Origin: Eledone cirrhosa
Taxonomy: Eukaryota
NCBI GenBank assembly: GCA_964016885.1
Contig: OZ024743.1
Span: 132,742,001-132,806,000 of the forward strand
DNA length: 64,000 nt
Direction of reading: 5' to 3'
Within the stretch, counting starts at the first letter, position 1; every line of letters starts with the position of its first letter. The notes beneath the pieces are model-generated. The model was not told where the DNA came from, did not search any database, and saw only the letters and a list, made by a program, of their open reading frames with translations. Positions 36,261 to 49,400 of the stretch are shown here, one piece after another. A program made the translations under genes and the position numbers.

Positions 36261-39200
36261 GTGCTTGGTGCTTGGTGCTTGGTGCTTGGTGTTTGGTGGT
36301 TGGTGTTTAGTGCTTGGTGTTAGTTGTTTGGTGCTTGGTGCTTGGTGTTTGGTGTTTGGTGCTTGGTGTTTGGTGTTTGGTGCTTGGTGTTTGGTGCTTT
36401 TTGCTTGGTGCTTGGTGCTTGGTGTTTGGTGCTTGGTGCTTGGTGTTTGGTGCTGGGTGCTTGGTGTTTGGTGTTTGGTGTTATATGCTTGGTGTTTGAT
36501 GCTTGGTGCTTGGTGCTTGGTGTTTGGTGTTTGGTGCTTGGTGTTTGATGCTTGGTGCTTGGTGCTTGGTGTTTGGTGCTTGGTGCTTGGTGTTTGGTGC
36601 TTGGTGCTTGGTGTTTGGTGCTTGGTGTTTGGTGCTTGATGTTTGGTGCTTGGTGCTTGGTGCTTGGTGCTTGGTGTTTGGTGCTTGGTGCTTGGTGTTT
36701 GGTGTTTGGTGCTTGGTGTTTGGTGCTTGGTGTTTGGTGCTTGGTGCTTGGTGTTTGGTGCTTGGTGCTGGGTGGTTGGTGTTTAGTGCTTGGTGTTTGG
36801 TGCTTGGTGCTTGGTGTTTGGTGCTTGGTGTTTGGTGTTTGGTGCTTGGTGCTTGGTGTTTGGTGCTTGGTGTTTAGTGTTTGGTGCTTGGTGCTTAGTG
36901 TTTGGTGCTAGGTGCTTGGTGTTTGGTGCTTGGTGCTTGGTGTTTGGTGCCTGGTGCTTGGTGTTTGGTGTTTGGTGTTTGGTGCTTGGTGCTTGGTGTT
37001 TGGTTTTTGCTGTTTGCTGTTTGGTGTTTGGTGTTTGGTGTTTGTTGTTTGGTGTTAGCTGTTTGGTGTTTGGTGTTTGCTTTTTGGTGTTTGGTGTTTG
37101 CTGTATGTTGTTTGCTGTTTGGTGTTTGGTGTTTGGTGTTTGGTGCTTGTTGCTTGGTGTTTGGTGCTTGGTGCTTGGTGTTTGGTTCCTGGTGCTTGGT
37201 GCTTGGTGCTTGGTGTTTGGTGTTTGGTGCTTGGTGCTTGGAGTTTTGTGTTTGGTGCTTGGTGCTTGGTGTTTTGTGTTTCGTGTTTGGTTTTTGGTGC
37301 TTGGTGCTTGGTGCTTGGTCCTTGGTGTTTGGTGCTGGGTGCTTTGTGTTTGGTGCTTGGTGCTTGGTGCTTGGTGTTTGGTGTTTGCTGCTTGGTGTTT
37401 GATGCTTGGTGCTTGGTGTTTTGTGTTTGGTGCTTGGTGTTTGGTGCTTGGTGCTTGGTGTTTGTACTTGGTGCTTGGTGCTTGGTGTTTGGTTCTTGGT
37501 TCTTGGTGTTTGGTGTTTGGCGATTGGTGTTTGGTGCTTGGTGCTTGGTGTTTGGTGCCTGGTGCTTGGTGCTTGGTGCTTGGTGTTTCGTGTTTGGTGC
37601 TTGGTGCTTGGAGTTTGGTGTTTGGTGCTTGGTGCTTGGTGTTTTGTGTTTGGTGTTTGGTGTTTGATGCTTGGTTCTTGGTGCTTGGTGTTTGGTGTTT
37701 GCTGCTTGGTTCTTGGTGTTTGGTGCTTGGTGCTTGGTGCTTGGTGTTTGTACTTGGTGCTTGGTGCTTGGTGTTTGGTTCTTGGTTCTTGGTGTTTGGT
37801 ACTTGGTGTTTGGTGGTTGGTGCTTGGTCCTTGGTGTTTGGTGCTTGGTGTTTGGTGTTTGCTGTCTGCTTTTTGGTGTTTAGTGTTTGCTGTATGGTGT
37901 TTGGTGTTTGCTGTTTGGTGTTTGGTCTTTGGTGCTTGGTGTTTGGTGCTTGGTGCTTGGTGTTTGGTGTTTGGTGCTTGGTGCTTGGTGTTTGGTGTTA
38001 TACGCTTGGTGTTTGATGCTTGGTGCTTTGTGCTTGGTGTTTGGTGTTTGGTGTTTGTACTTGGTGCTTGGTGCTTGGTGCTTGGTGTTTGGTGCTTGGT
38101 GTTTGGTGCTTGGTGCTTGGTGCTTGGTGCTTGGTGCTTGGTGTTTGGTGGTTGGTGTTTGGTGCTTGGTGTTAGGTGTTTGGTGCTTGGTGCTTGGTGT
38201 TTGGTGTTTGGTGCTTGGTGTTTGGTGTTTGGTGCTTGGTGTTTGGTGCTTGGTACTTGGTGCTTGGTGCTTGGTGTTAGGTGTTTGGTGCTTGGTGTTT
38301 GGTGCTTGGTGTTTGGTGCTTGGTGCTTGGTGCTTGGTGCTTGGTGTTTGGTGGTTGGTGTTTAGTGCTTGGTGTTAGTTGTTTGGTGCTTGGTGCTTGG
38401 TGTTTGGTGCTTGGTGTTTGGTGTTTGGTGCTTGGTGTTTGGTGCTTTTTGCTTGGTGCTTGGTGCTTGGTGTTTGGTGCTTGGTGCTTGGTGTTTGATG
38501 CTGGGTGCTTGGTGTTTGGTGTTTGGTGTTATATGCTTGGTGTTTGATGCTTGGTGCTTGGTGCTTGGTGTTTGGTGTTTGGTGCTTGGTGTTTGATGCT
38601 TGGTGCTTGGTGCTTGGTGTTTGGTGCTTGGTGCTTGGTGTTTGGTGCTTGGTGTTTGGTGTTTGGTGCTTGGTGTTTGGTGCTTGATGTTTGGTGCTTG
38701 GTGCTTGGTGCTTGGTGCTTGGTGTTTGGTGGTTGGTGCTTGGTGCTTGGTGTTAGGTGTTTGGTGCTTGGTGCTTGGTCTTTGGTGTTTGGTGCTTGGT
38801 GTTTGGTGTTTGGTGCTTGCTGCTGGCTGCTTGGTGTTTGGTGCTTGGTGATTGGTGCTTGGTGTTTGGTGCTTGGTGTTTGGTGTTTGGTGCTAGGTGC
38901 TTGGTGTTTGGTGCTTGGTGCTTGGTGTTTGTAGTTCGTGCTTGGTGCTTGGTTCTTGGTGTTTGGTGCTTGGTGCTTGGTGTTTGGTGCTTGGTGCTTG
39001 GTGTTTGGTGCTTGGTGTTTGGTGCTTGGTGTTTGGTGCTTGGTTCTTGGTGCTTGGTGTTTGGTGCTTGGTGTTTGGTGCTTGGTGTTAGGTGTTTGGT
39101 GCTTGGTGTTTGGTGCTTGGTACTTGGTGCTTGGTGCTTTGTGTTAGGTGTTTGGTGCTTGGTGTTTGGTGTCTGTTTTTTTCGTGCTTGGTGCTTGGTG

Positions 39201-40989
39201 TTTGGTGCTTGCTGCTGGCTGCTTGGTGTTTGGTGCTTGGTGATTGGTGCTTGGTGTTTGGTGCTTGGTGTTTGGTGTTTGGTGCTAGATGCTTGGTGTT
39301 TGGTGCTTGGTGCTTGGTGTTTGTACTTGGTGCTTGGTGCTTGGTTCTTGGTGTTTGGTGCTTGGTGCTTGGTGTTTGGTGCTTGGTGCTTGGTGTTTGG
39401 TGCTTGGTGTTTGGTGCTTGGTGCTTGGTGCTTGGTGTTTGTACTTGGTGCTTGGTGCTTGGTGTTTGGTTCTTGGTTCTTGGTGTTTGGTACTTGATGC
39501 TTGGTGCTTGGTGCTTGATGTTTGGTGTTTGGTGGTTGGTGTTTGGTGCTTGGTGCTTGGTGCTTGGTGTTAGGTGTTTGGTGCTTGGTCCTTGGTGTTT
39601 GGTGCTTGGTGTTTGGTGTTTGCTGTCTGCTTTTTGGTGTTTAGTGTTTGCTGTATGGTGTTTGGTGTTTGCTGTTTGGTGTTTGGTCTTTGGTGCTTGG
39701 TGTTTGGTGCTTGGTGCTTGGTGTTTGGTGTTTGGTGCTTGGTGCTTGGTGTTTGGTGTTATATGCTTGGTGTTTGATGCTTGGTGCTTGGTGCTTGGTG
39801 TTTGGTGTTTGGTGTTTGTACTTGGTGCTTGGTGCTTGGTGCTTGGTGTTTGGTGCTTGGTGTTTGGTGCTTGGTGCTTGGTGCTTGGTGCTTGGGGCTT
39901 GGTGTTTGGTGGTTGGTGTTTGGTGCTTGGTGTTAGGTGTTTGGTGCTTGGTGCTTGGTGTTTGGTGTTTGGTGCTTGGTGTTTGGTGTTTGGTGCTTGG
40001 TGTTTGGTGCTTGGTACTTCGTGCTTGGTGCTTGGTGTTAGGTGTTTGGTGCTTGGTGTTTGGTGCTTGGTGTTTGGTGCTTGGTGCTTGGTGCTTGGTG
40101 CTTGGTGTTTGGTGGTTGGTGTTTGGTGCTTGGTGTTAGGTGTTTGGTGCTTGGTGCTTGGTGTTTGGTGTTTGGTGCTTGGTGTTTGGTGTTTGGTGCT
40201 TGGTGTTTGGTGCTTTTTGCTTGGTGCTTGGTGCTTGGTGTTTGGTGCTTGGTTCTTGGTGTTTGGTGCTGGGTGCTTGGTGTTTGGTGTTTGGTGTTAT
40301 ATGCTTGGTGTTTGATGCTTGGTGCTTGGTGCTTGGTGTTTGGTGTTTGGTGCTTGGTGTTTGATGCTTGGTGCTTGGTGCTTGGTGTTTGGTGCTTGGT
40401 GCTTGGTGTTTGGTGCTTGGTGCTTGGTGTTTGGTGTTTGGTGCTTGGTGTTTGGTGCTTGGTGCTTGGTGCTTGGTGCTTGGTGTTTGGTGGTTGGTGC
40501 TTGGTGCTTGGTGTTAGGTGTTTGGTGCTTGGTGCTTGGTGTTTGGTGTTTGGTGCTTGGTGTTTGGTGTTTGGTGCTTGGTGTTTGGTGCTTGGTACTT
40601 GGTGCTTGGTGCTTGGTGTTAGGTGTTTGGTGCTTGGTGTTTGGTGTCTGGTTTTTGGTGCTTGGTGCTTGGTGTTTGGTGCTTGCTGCTGGCTGCTTGG
40701 TGTTTGGTGCCTGGTGATTGGTGCTTGGTGTTTGGTACTTGGTGTTTGGTGTTTGGTGCTAGGTGCTTGGTGTTTGGTTCTTGGTGCTTGGTGTTTGTAC
40801 TTGGTGCTTGGTGCTTGGTTCTTGGTGTTTGGTGCTTGGTGCTTGGTGTTTGGTGCTTGGTGCTTGGTGTCTGGTGCTTGGTGTTTGGTGCTTGGTGTTT
40901 GGTGATTGGTGCTTGGTGCTTGGTGTTTGGTGCCTGGTGTTTGGTGCTTGGTGTTAGGTGTTTGGTGTTTGGTGCTTGGTGTTTGGTGC

Positions 40990-43900
40990 TTTTTGGTTGG
41001 TGCTTGGTGCTTGGTGTTTGGTGCTTGGTGCTTGGTGTTTGGTGCTGGGTGCTTGGTGTTTGGTGTTTGGTGTTATATGCTTGGTGTTTGCTGCTTGGTG
41101 CTTGGTGCTTGGTGTTTGGTGTTTGGTGCTTGGTGTTTGATGCTTGGTGCTTGGTGCTTGGTGTTTGGTGCTTGGTGCTTGGTGCTTGGTGTTTGGTGCT
41201 TGGTGTTTGGTGCTTGGTGTTTGGTGCTTGGTGCTTGGTGCTTGGTGTTTGGTGGTTGGTGCTTGGTGCTTGGTGTTAGGTGTTTGGTGCTTGGTGCTTG
41301 GTGTTTGGTGTTTGGTGCTTGGTGTTTGGTGTTTGGTGTTTGGTGTTTGGTGCTTGGTACTTGGTGCTTGGTGCTTGGTGTTAGGTGTTTGGTGCTTGGT
41401 GTTTGGTGTCTGGTTTTTGGTGCTTGGTGCTTGGTGTTTGGTGCTGGGTGCTTGGTGTTTGGTGTTTGGTGTTATATGCTTGGTGTTTGATGCTTGGTGC
41501 TTGGTGCTTGGTGTTTGGTGTTTGGTGCTTGGTGTTTGATGCTTGGTGTTTGGTGCTTGGTGTTTGGTGCTTGGTGCTTGGTGTTTGGTGCTTGGTGCTT
41601 GGTGTTTGGTGCTTGGTGTTTGGTGCTTGGTGTTTGGTGCTTGGTGCTTGGTGCTTGGTGCTTGGTGCTTGGTGTTTGGTGGTTGGTGCTTGGTGCTTGG
41701 TGTTAGGTGTTTGGTGCTTGGTGCTTGGTGTTTGGTGTTTGGTGCTTGGTGTTTGGTGTTTGGTGCTTGGTGTTTGGTGCTTGGTACTTGGTGCTTGGTG
41801 CTTGGTGTTAGGTGTTTGGTGCTTGGTGTTTGGTGTCTGGTTTTTGGTGCTTGGTGCTTGGTGCTTAGTGTTTGGTGCTTGGTGCTTAGTGTTTGGTGCT
41901 AGGTGCTTGGTGTTTGGTGCTTGGTGCTTGGTGTTTGGTGCCTGGTGCTTGGTGTTTGGTGTTTGGTGTTTGGTGCTTGGTGCTTGGTGTTTGGTGTTTG
42001 CTGTTTGCTGTTTGTTGTTTGGTGTTTGCTGTTTGGTGTTTGGTGTTTGCTTTTTGGTGCTTGGTGTTTGATGCTTGGTGCTTGGTGCTTGGTGTTTGGT
42101 GCTTGGTGCTTGGTGTTTGGTGTTTGGTGCTTGGTGCTTGGTGTTTGGTGCTTGCTGCTGGCTGCTTGGTGTTTGGTGCTTGGTGATTGGTGCTTGGTGT
42201 TTGGTGCTTGGTGTTTGGTGTTTGGTGCTAGGTGCTTGGTGTTTGGTGCTTGGTGCTTGGTGTTTGTACTTGGTGCTTGGTGCTTGGTTCTTGGTGTTTG
42301 GTGCTTGGTGCTTGGTGTTTGGTGCTTGGTGCTTGGTGTTTGGTGCTTGGTGTTTGGTGCTTGGTGTTTGGTGTTTGGTGCTTGGTGCTTGGTGTTTGGT
42401 GCTTGGTGTTTGGTGCTTGGTGTTAGGTGTTTGGTGCTTGGTGCTTGGTGTTTGGTGTTTGGTGCTTGGCGTTTGGTGTTTGGTGTTATATGCTTGGTGT
42501 TTGTTGCTTGGTGCTTGGTGCTTGGTGTTTGGTGCTTGTTGTTTGATGCTTGGTGCTTGGTGCTTGGTGTTTGGTGCTTGGTGCTTGGTGTTTGTACTTG
42601 GTGCTTGGTGCTTGGTTCTTGGTGTTTGGTGCTTGGTGCTTGGTGTTTGGTGTTTGGTGCTTGGTGTTTGGTGCTTGGTGTTTGGTGCTTGGTGTTTGGT
42701 GCTTGGTGCTTGGTGTTTGGTGTTTGGTGCTTGGTGTTTGGTGCTTGGTGTTTGGTGTTAGGTGTTTGGTGCTTGGTGTTTGGTGTTTGGTGCTTGGTGT
42801 TTGGTGCTTGGTGTTTGGTGCTTGGTGTTTGGTGCTTGGTACTTGGTGCTTGGTGCTTGGTGTTAGGTGTTTGGTGCTTGGTGCTTGGTGTTTGGTTTTT
42901 GGTGCTTGGTGCTTGGTGTTTGGTGTTTGGGGCTTGCTGCTGGCTGCTTGGTGTTTGATGCTTGGTGATTGGTGCTTGGTGTTTTGTGCTTGGTGTTTCG
43001 TGCTTGGTGTTTGGTGCTTGGTGCTTGGTGTTTGGTGCCTGGTGCTTGGTGCTTGGTGTTTGGTGTTTGGTGTTGGGTGCTTGATGCCTGGTGTTTGGTG
43101 CTTGGTGCTGGGTGGTTGGTGTTTGGTGCTTGGTGCTTGGTCTTTGGTGCTTGGTGTTTGGTGTTTGGTGCTTGGTGCTTGGTGCTTGGTGTTTGGTGCA
43201 TGGTGTTTGGTGTTTGGTGCTTGGTGCTTAGTGTTTGGTGCTTGGTGATTAGTGTTTGGTGCTAGGTGCTTGGTGTTTGGTGCTTGGTGCTTGGTGTTTG
43301 GTGCCTGGTGCTTGGTGTTTGGTGTTTGGTGTTTGGTGCTTGGTGCTTGGTGTTTGGTGTTTGCTGTTTGCTGTTTGTTGTTTGGTGTTTGCTGTTTGGT
43401 GTTTGGTGTTTGCTTTTTGGTGCTTGGTGTTTGATGCTTGGTGCTTGGTGCTTGGTGTTTGGTGCTTGGTGCTTGGTGTTTGGTGTTTGGTGCTTGGTGC
43501 TTGGTGTTTGGTGCTTGCTGCTGGCTGCTTGGTGTTTGGTGCTTGGTGATTGGTGCTTGGTGTTTGGTGCTTGGTGTTTGGTGTTTGGTGCTAGGTGCTT
43601 GGTGTTTGGTGCTTGGTGCTTGGTGTTTGTACTTGGTGCTTGGTGCTTGGTTCTTGGTGTTTGGTGCTTGGTGCTTGGTGTTTGGTGCTTGGTGCTTGGT
43701 GTTTGGTGCTTGGTGTTTGGTGCTTGGTGTTTGGTGTTTGGTGCTTGGTGCTTGGTGTTTGGTGCTTGGTGTTTGGTGCTTGGTGTTAGGTGTTTGGTGC
43801 TTGGTGCTTGGTGTTTGGTGTTTGGTGCTTGGCGTTTGGTGTTTGGTGTTATATGCTTGGTGTTTGTTGCTTGGTGCTTGGTGCTTGGTGTTTGGTGCTT

Positions 43901-46200
43901 GTTGTTTGATGCTTGGTGCTTGGTGCTTGGTGTTTGGTGCTTGGTGCTTGGTGTTTGTACTTGGTGCTTGGTGCTTGGTTCTTGGTGTTTGGTGCTTGGT
44001 GCTTGGTGTTTGGTGTTTGGTGCTTGGTGTTTGGTGCTTGGTGTTTGGTGCTTGGTGTTTGGTGCTTGGTGCTTGGTGTTTGGTGTTTGGTGCTTGGTGT
44101 TTGGTGCTTGGTGTTTGGTGCTAGGTGTTTGGTGCTTGGTGTTTGGTGTTTGGTGCTTGGTGTTTGGTGCTTGGTGTTTGGTGCTTGGTGTTTGGTGCTT
44201 GGTACTTGGTGCTTGGTGCTTGGTGTTAGGTGTTTGGTGCTTGGTGCTTGGTGTTTGGTTTTTGGTGCTTGGTGCTTGGTGTTTGGTGTTTGGGGCTTGC
44301 TGCTGGCTGCTTGGTGTTTGATGCTTGGTGATTGGTGCTTGGTGTTTTGTGCTTGGTGTTTCGTGCTTGGTGTTTGGTGCTTGGTGCTTGGTGTTTGGTG
44401 CCTGGTGCTTGGTGCTTGGTGTTTGGTGTTTGGTGTTGGGTGCTTGATGCTTGGTGTTTGGTGCTTGGTGCTGGGTGGTTGGTGTTTGGTGCTTGGTGTT
44501 TGGTGCTTGGTACTTGGTGCTTGGTGCTTGGTGCTTGGTGTTAGGTGTTTGGTGCTTGGTGTTTGGTGCTTGGTGTTTGGTGCTTGGTGCTTGGTGCTTG
44601 GTGCTTGGTGTTTGGTGGTTGGTTTTTGGTGCTTGGTGTTAGGTGTTTGGTGCTTGGTGCTTGGTGTTTGGTGTTTGGTGCTTGGTGTTTGGTGCTTGGT
44701 GCTTGGTGCTTGGTGCTTGGTGTTTGGTGGTTGGTGTTTGGTGCTTGGTGTTAGGTGTTTGGTACTTGGTGCTTGGTGTTTGGTGTTTGGTGCTTGGTGT
44801 TTGGTGTTTGGTGCTTGGTGTTTGGTGCTTTTTGCTTGGTGCTTGGTGCTTGGTGTTTGGTGCTTGGTTCTTGGTGTTTGGTGCTGGGTGCTTGGTGTTT
44901 GGTGTTTGGTGTTATATGCTTGGTGTTTGATGCTTGGTGCTTGGTGCTTGGTGTTTGGTGTTTGGTGCTTGGTGTTTGATGCTTGGTGCTTGGTGCTTGG
45001 TGTTTGGTGCTTGGTGCTTGGTGCTTGGTGTTTGGTGCTTGGTGTTTGGTGCTTGGTGTTTGGTGCTTGGTGCTTGGTGCTTGGTGTTTGGTGGTTGGTG
45101 CTTGGTGCTTGGTGTTAGGTGTTTGGTGCTTGGTGCTTGGTGTTTGGTGTTTGGTGCTTGGTGTTTGGTGTTTGGTGTTTGGTGTTTGGTGCTTGGTACT
45201 TGGTGCTTGGTGCTTGGTGTTAGGTGTTTGGTGCTTGGTGTTTGGTGTCTGGTTTTTGGTGCTTGGTGCTTGGTGTTTGGTGCTGGGTGCTTGGTGTTTG
45301 GTGTTTGGTGTTATATGCTTGGTGTTTGATGCTTGGTGCTTGGTGCTTGGTGTTTGGTGTTTGGTGCTTGGTGTTTGATGCTTGGTGTTTGGTGCTTGGT
45401 GTTTGGTGCTTGGTGCTTGGTGTTTGGTGCTTGGTGCTTGGTATTTGGTGCTTGGTGTTTGGTGCTTGGTGTTTGGTGCTTGGTGCTTGGTGCTTGGTGC
45501 TTGGTGCTTGGTGTTTGGTGGTTGGTGCTTGGTGCTTGGTGTTAGGTGTTTGGTGCTTGGTGCTTGGTGTTTGGTGTTTGGTGCTTGGTGTTTGGTGTTT
45601 GGTGCTTGGTGTTTGGTGCTTGGTACTTGGTGCTTGGTGCTTGGTGTTAGGTCTTTGGTGCTTGGTGTTTGGTGTCTGGTTTTTGGTGCTTGGTGCTTGG
45701 TGCTTAGTGTTTGGTGCTTGGTGCTTAGTGTTTGGTGCTAGGTGCTTGGTGTTTGGTGCTTGGTGCTTGGTGTTTGGTGCCTGGTGCTTGGTGTTTGGTG
45801 TTTGGTGTTTGGTGCTTGGTGCTTGGTGTTTGGTGTTTGCTGTTTGCTGTTTGTTGTTTGGTGTTTGCTGTTTGGTGTTTGGTGTTTGCTTTTTGGTGCT
45901 TGGTGTTTGATGCTTGGTGCTTGGTGCTTGGTGTTTGGTGCTTGGTGCTTGGTGTTTGGTGTTTGGTGCTTGGTGCTTGGTGTTTGGTGCTTGCTGCTGG
46001 CTGCTTGGTGTTTGGTGCTTGGTGATTGGTGCTTGGTGTTTGGTGCTTGGTGTTTGGTGTTTGGTGCTAGGTGCTTGGTGTTTGGTGCTTGGTGCTTGGT
46101 GTTTGTACTTGGTGCTTGGTGCTTGGTTCTTGGTGTTTGGTGCTTGGTGCTTGGTGTTTGGTGCTTGGTGCTTGGTGTTTGGTGCTTGGTGTTTGGTGCT
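40990..46200 (+). repeat. ~1.4-kb block at ~40990-42360 repeated at +3839 (~44830-46200)
   Basis: ORF pairs 41144/44983, 41385/45224, 41494/45333, 41543/45382, 41893/45732 and 42075/45914. Confidence 0.87.
41855..44497 (+). repeat. 1363-bp tandem duplication, ~1.9 copies
   Basis: TTAGTGT at 41865/43228 and 41886/43249. ORF pairs 41893/43256, 41903/43266, 42075/43438, 42550/43913 and 42969/44332. Confidence 0.92.
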
Positions 46201-46434
46201 TGGTGCTTGGTGTTTGGTGCTTGGTGCTTGGTGTTTGGTGTTTGGTGCTTGGTGTTTGGTGCTTGGTGTTTGGTGTTTGGTGTTTGGTGCTTGGCGTGTG
46301 GTGTTTGGTGTTATATGCTTGGTGTTTGTTGCTTGGTGCTTGGTGCTTGGTGTTTGGTGCTTGTTGTTTGATGCTTGGTGCTTGGTGCTTGGTGTTTGGT
46401 GCTTGGTGCTTGGTGTTTGTACTTGGTGCTTGGT

Positions 46435-49400
46435 GTTTGGTGCTTGGTGTTTGGTGCTTGGTGCTTGGTGTTTGGTGTTTGGTGCTTGGTGTTTGGTGCT
46501 TGGTGTTTGGTGTTAGGTGTTTGGTGCTTGGTGTTTGGTGTTTGGTGCTTGGTGCTTGGTGCTTGGTGTTTGGTGCTTGGTGTTTGGTGCTTGGTACTTG
46601 GTGCTTGGTGCTTGGTGTTAGGTGTTTGGTGCTTGGTGCTTGGTGTTTGGTTTTTGGTGCTTGGTGCTTGGTGTTTGGTGTTTGGGGCTTGCTGCTGGCT
46701 GCTTGGTGTTTGATGCTTGGTGATTGGTGCTTGGTGTTTTGTGCTTGGTGTTTCGTGCTTGGTGTTTGGTGTTTGGTGCTTGGTGTTTGGTGCCTGGTGC
46801 TTGGTGCTTGGTGTTTGGTGTTTGGTGTTGGGTGCTTGATGCTTGGTGTTTGGTGCTTGGTGCTGGGTGGTTGGTGTTTAGTGCTTGGTGTTTGGTGCTG
46901 GGTGCTTGGTGTTTGGTGCTTGGTGCTTGGTCTTTGGTGCTTGGTGTTTGGTGTTTGGTGCTTGGTGCTTGGTGCTTGGTGTTTGGTGCTTGGTGTTTGG
47001 TGTTTGGTGCTTGGTGCTTAGTGTTTGGTGCTTGGTGATTAGTGTTTGGTGCTAGGTGCTTGGTGTTTGGTGCTTGGTGCTTGGTGTTTGGTGCCTGGTG
47101 CTTGGTGTTTGGTGTTTGGTGTTTGGTGCTTGGTGCTTGGTGTTTGGTGTTTGCTGTTTGCTGTTTGTTGTTTGGTGTTTGCTGTTTGGTGTTTGGTGTT
47201 TGCTTTTTGGTGTTTGGTGTTTGCTGTATGTTGTTTGCTGTTTGGTGTTTGGTGTTTGGTGTTTCGTGCTTGGTGTTTGGTGCTTGGTGCTTGGTGTTTG
47301 GTGCCTGGTGCTTGGTGCTTGGTGCTTGGTGTTTGGTGTTTGGTGCTTGGTGTTTGGTCTTTGGTGCTTGGTGTTTGGTGCTTGGTACTTGGTGCTTGGT
47401 GCTTGGTGTTAGGTGTTTGGTGCTTGGTGTTTGGTGCTTGGTGTTTGGTGCTTGGTGCTTGGTGCTTGGTGCTTGGTGTTTGGTGGTTGGTGTTTGGTGC
47501 TTGGTGTTAGGTGTTTGGTGCTTGGTGCTTGGTGTTTGGTGTTTGGTGCTTGGTGTTTGGTGTTTGGTGCTTGGTGTTTGGTGCTTTTTGCTTGGTGCTT
47601 GGTGCTTGGTGTTTGGTGCTTGGTTCTTGGTGTTTGCTGCTGGGTGCTTGGTGTTTGGTGTTTGGTGTTATATGCTTGGTGTTTGATGCTTGGTGCTTGG
47701 TGCTTGGTGTTTGGTGTTTGGTGCTTGGTGTTTGATGCTTGGTGCTTGGTGCTTGGTGTTTGGTGCTTGGTGCTTGGTGCTTGGTGTTTGGTGCTTGGTG
47801 TTTGGTGCTTGGTGTTTGGTGCTTGGTGCTTGGTGCTTGGTGTTTGGTGGTTGGTGCTTGGTGCTTGGTGTTAGGTGTTTGGTGCTTGGTGCTTGGTGTT
47901 TGGTGTTTGGTGCTTGGTGTTTGGTGTTTGGTGTTTGGTGGTTGGTGCTTGGTACTTGGTGCTTGGTGCTTGGTGTTAGGTGTTTGGTGCTTGGTGTTTG
48001 GTGTCTGGTTTTTGGTGCTTGGTGCTTGGTGTTTGGTGCTTGCTGCTGGCTGCTTGGTGTTTGGTGCTTGGTGATTGGTTCTTGGTGTTTGGTGCTTGGT
48101 GTTTGGTGTTTGGTGCTAGGTGCTTGGTGTTTGGTGCTTGGTGCTTGGTGTTTGTACTTGGTGCTTGGTGCTTGGTTCTTGGTGTTTGGTGCTTGGTGCT
48201 TGGTGTTTGGTGCTTGGTGCTTGGTGTTTGGTGCTTGGTGTTTGGTGCTTGGTGTTTGGTGCTTGGTGCTTGGTGCTTGGTGTTTGGTGCTTGGTGTTTG
48301 GTGCTTGGTGTTAGGTGTTTGGTGCTTGGTGCTTGGTGTTAGGTGTTTGGTGCTTGGTATTTGGTGCTTGGTGTTTGGTGCTTGGTGCTTGGTGCTTGGT
48401 GCTTGGTGTTTGGTGGTTGGTGTTTGGTGCTTGGTGTTAGGTGTTTGGTGCTTGGTGCTTGGTGTTTGGTGTTTGGTGCTTGGTGTTTGGTGTTTGGTGC
48501 TTGGTGTTTGGTACTTGGTGCTTGGTGCTTGGTGTTAGGTGTTTGGTGCTTGGTGTTTGGTGTCTGGTTTTTGGTGCTTGGTGCTTGGTGTTTGGTGCTT
48601 GCTGCTGGCTGCTTGGTGTTTGGTGCTTGTTGATTGGTGCTTGGTGTTTGGTGCTAGGTGCTTGGTGTTTGGTGCTTGGTGCTTGGTGTTTGTACTTGGT
48701 GCTTGGTGCTTGGTTCTTGGTGTTTGGTGCTGGGTGCTTGGTGTTTGGTGTTTGGTGTTATATGCTTGGTGTTTGATGCTTGGTGCTTGGTGCTTGGTGT
48801 TTGGTGTTTGGTGCTTGGTGTTTGATGCTTGGTGCTTGGTGCTTGGTGTTTGGTGCTTGGTGCTTGGTGCTTGGTGTTTGGTGCTTGGTGTTTGGTGCTT
48901 GGTATTTGGTGCTTGGTGCTTGGTGCTTGGTGTTTGGTGGTTGGTGCTTGGTGCTTGGTGTTAGGTGTTTGGTGCTTGGTGCTTGGTGTTTGGTGCTTGG
49001 TGTTTGGTGTTTGGTGTTTGGTGTTTGGTGCTTGGTACTTGGTGCTTGGTGCTTGGTGTTAGGTGTTTGGTGCTTGGTGTTTGGTGTCTGGTTTTTGGTG
49101 CTTGGTGCTTGGTGTTTGGTGCTTGCTGCTGGCTGCTTGGTGTTTGGTGCTTGTTGATTGGTGCTTGGTGTTTGGTGCTAGGTGCTTGGTGTTTGGTGCT
49201 TGGTGCTTGGTGTTTGTACTTGGTGCTTGGTGCTTGGTTCTTGGTGTTTGGTGCTTGGTGCTTGGTGTTTGGTGCTTGGTGCTTGGTGTTTGGTGCTTGG
49301 TGTTTGGTGCTTGGTGTTTGGTGCTTGGTGCTTGGTGCTTGGTGTTTGGTGCTTGGTGTTTGGTGCTTGGTGTTAGGTGTTTGGTGCTTGGTGCTTGGTG

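Noticed and set aside
39173-39187. 8-bp unit CTGTTTTT before TTCGTGC, breaking the phase
   Set aside because: It is a singleton in a T homopolymer and could be a consensus indel error, so it is not interpretable without reads.
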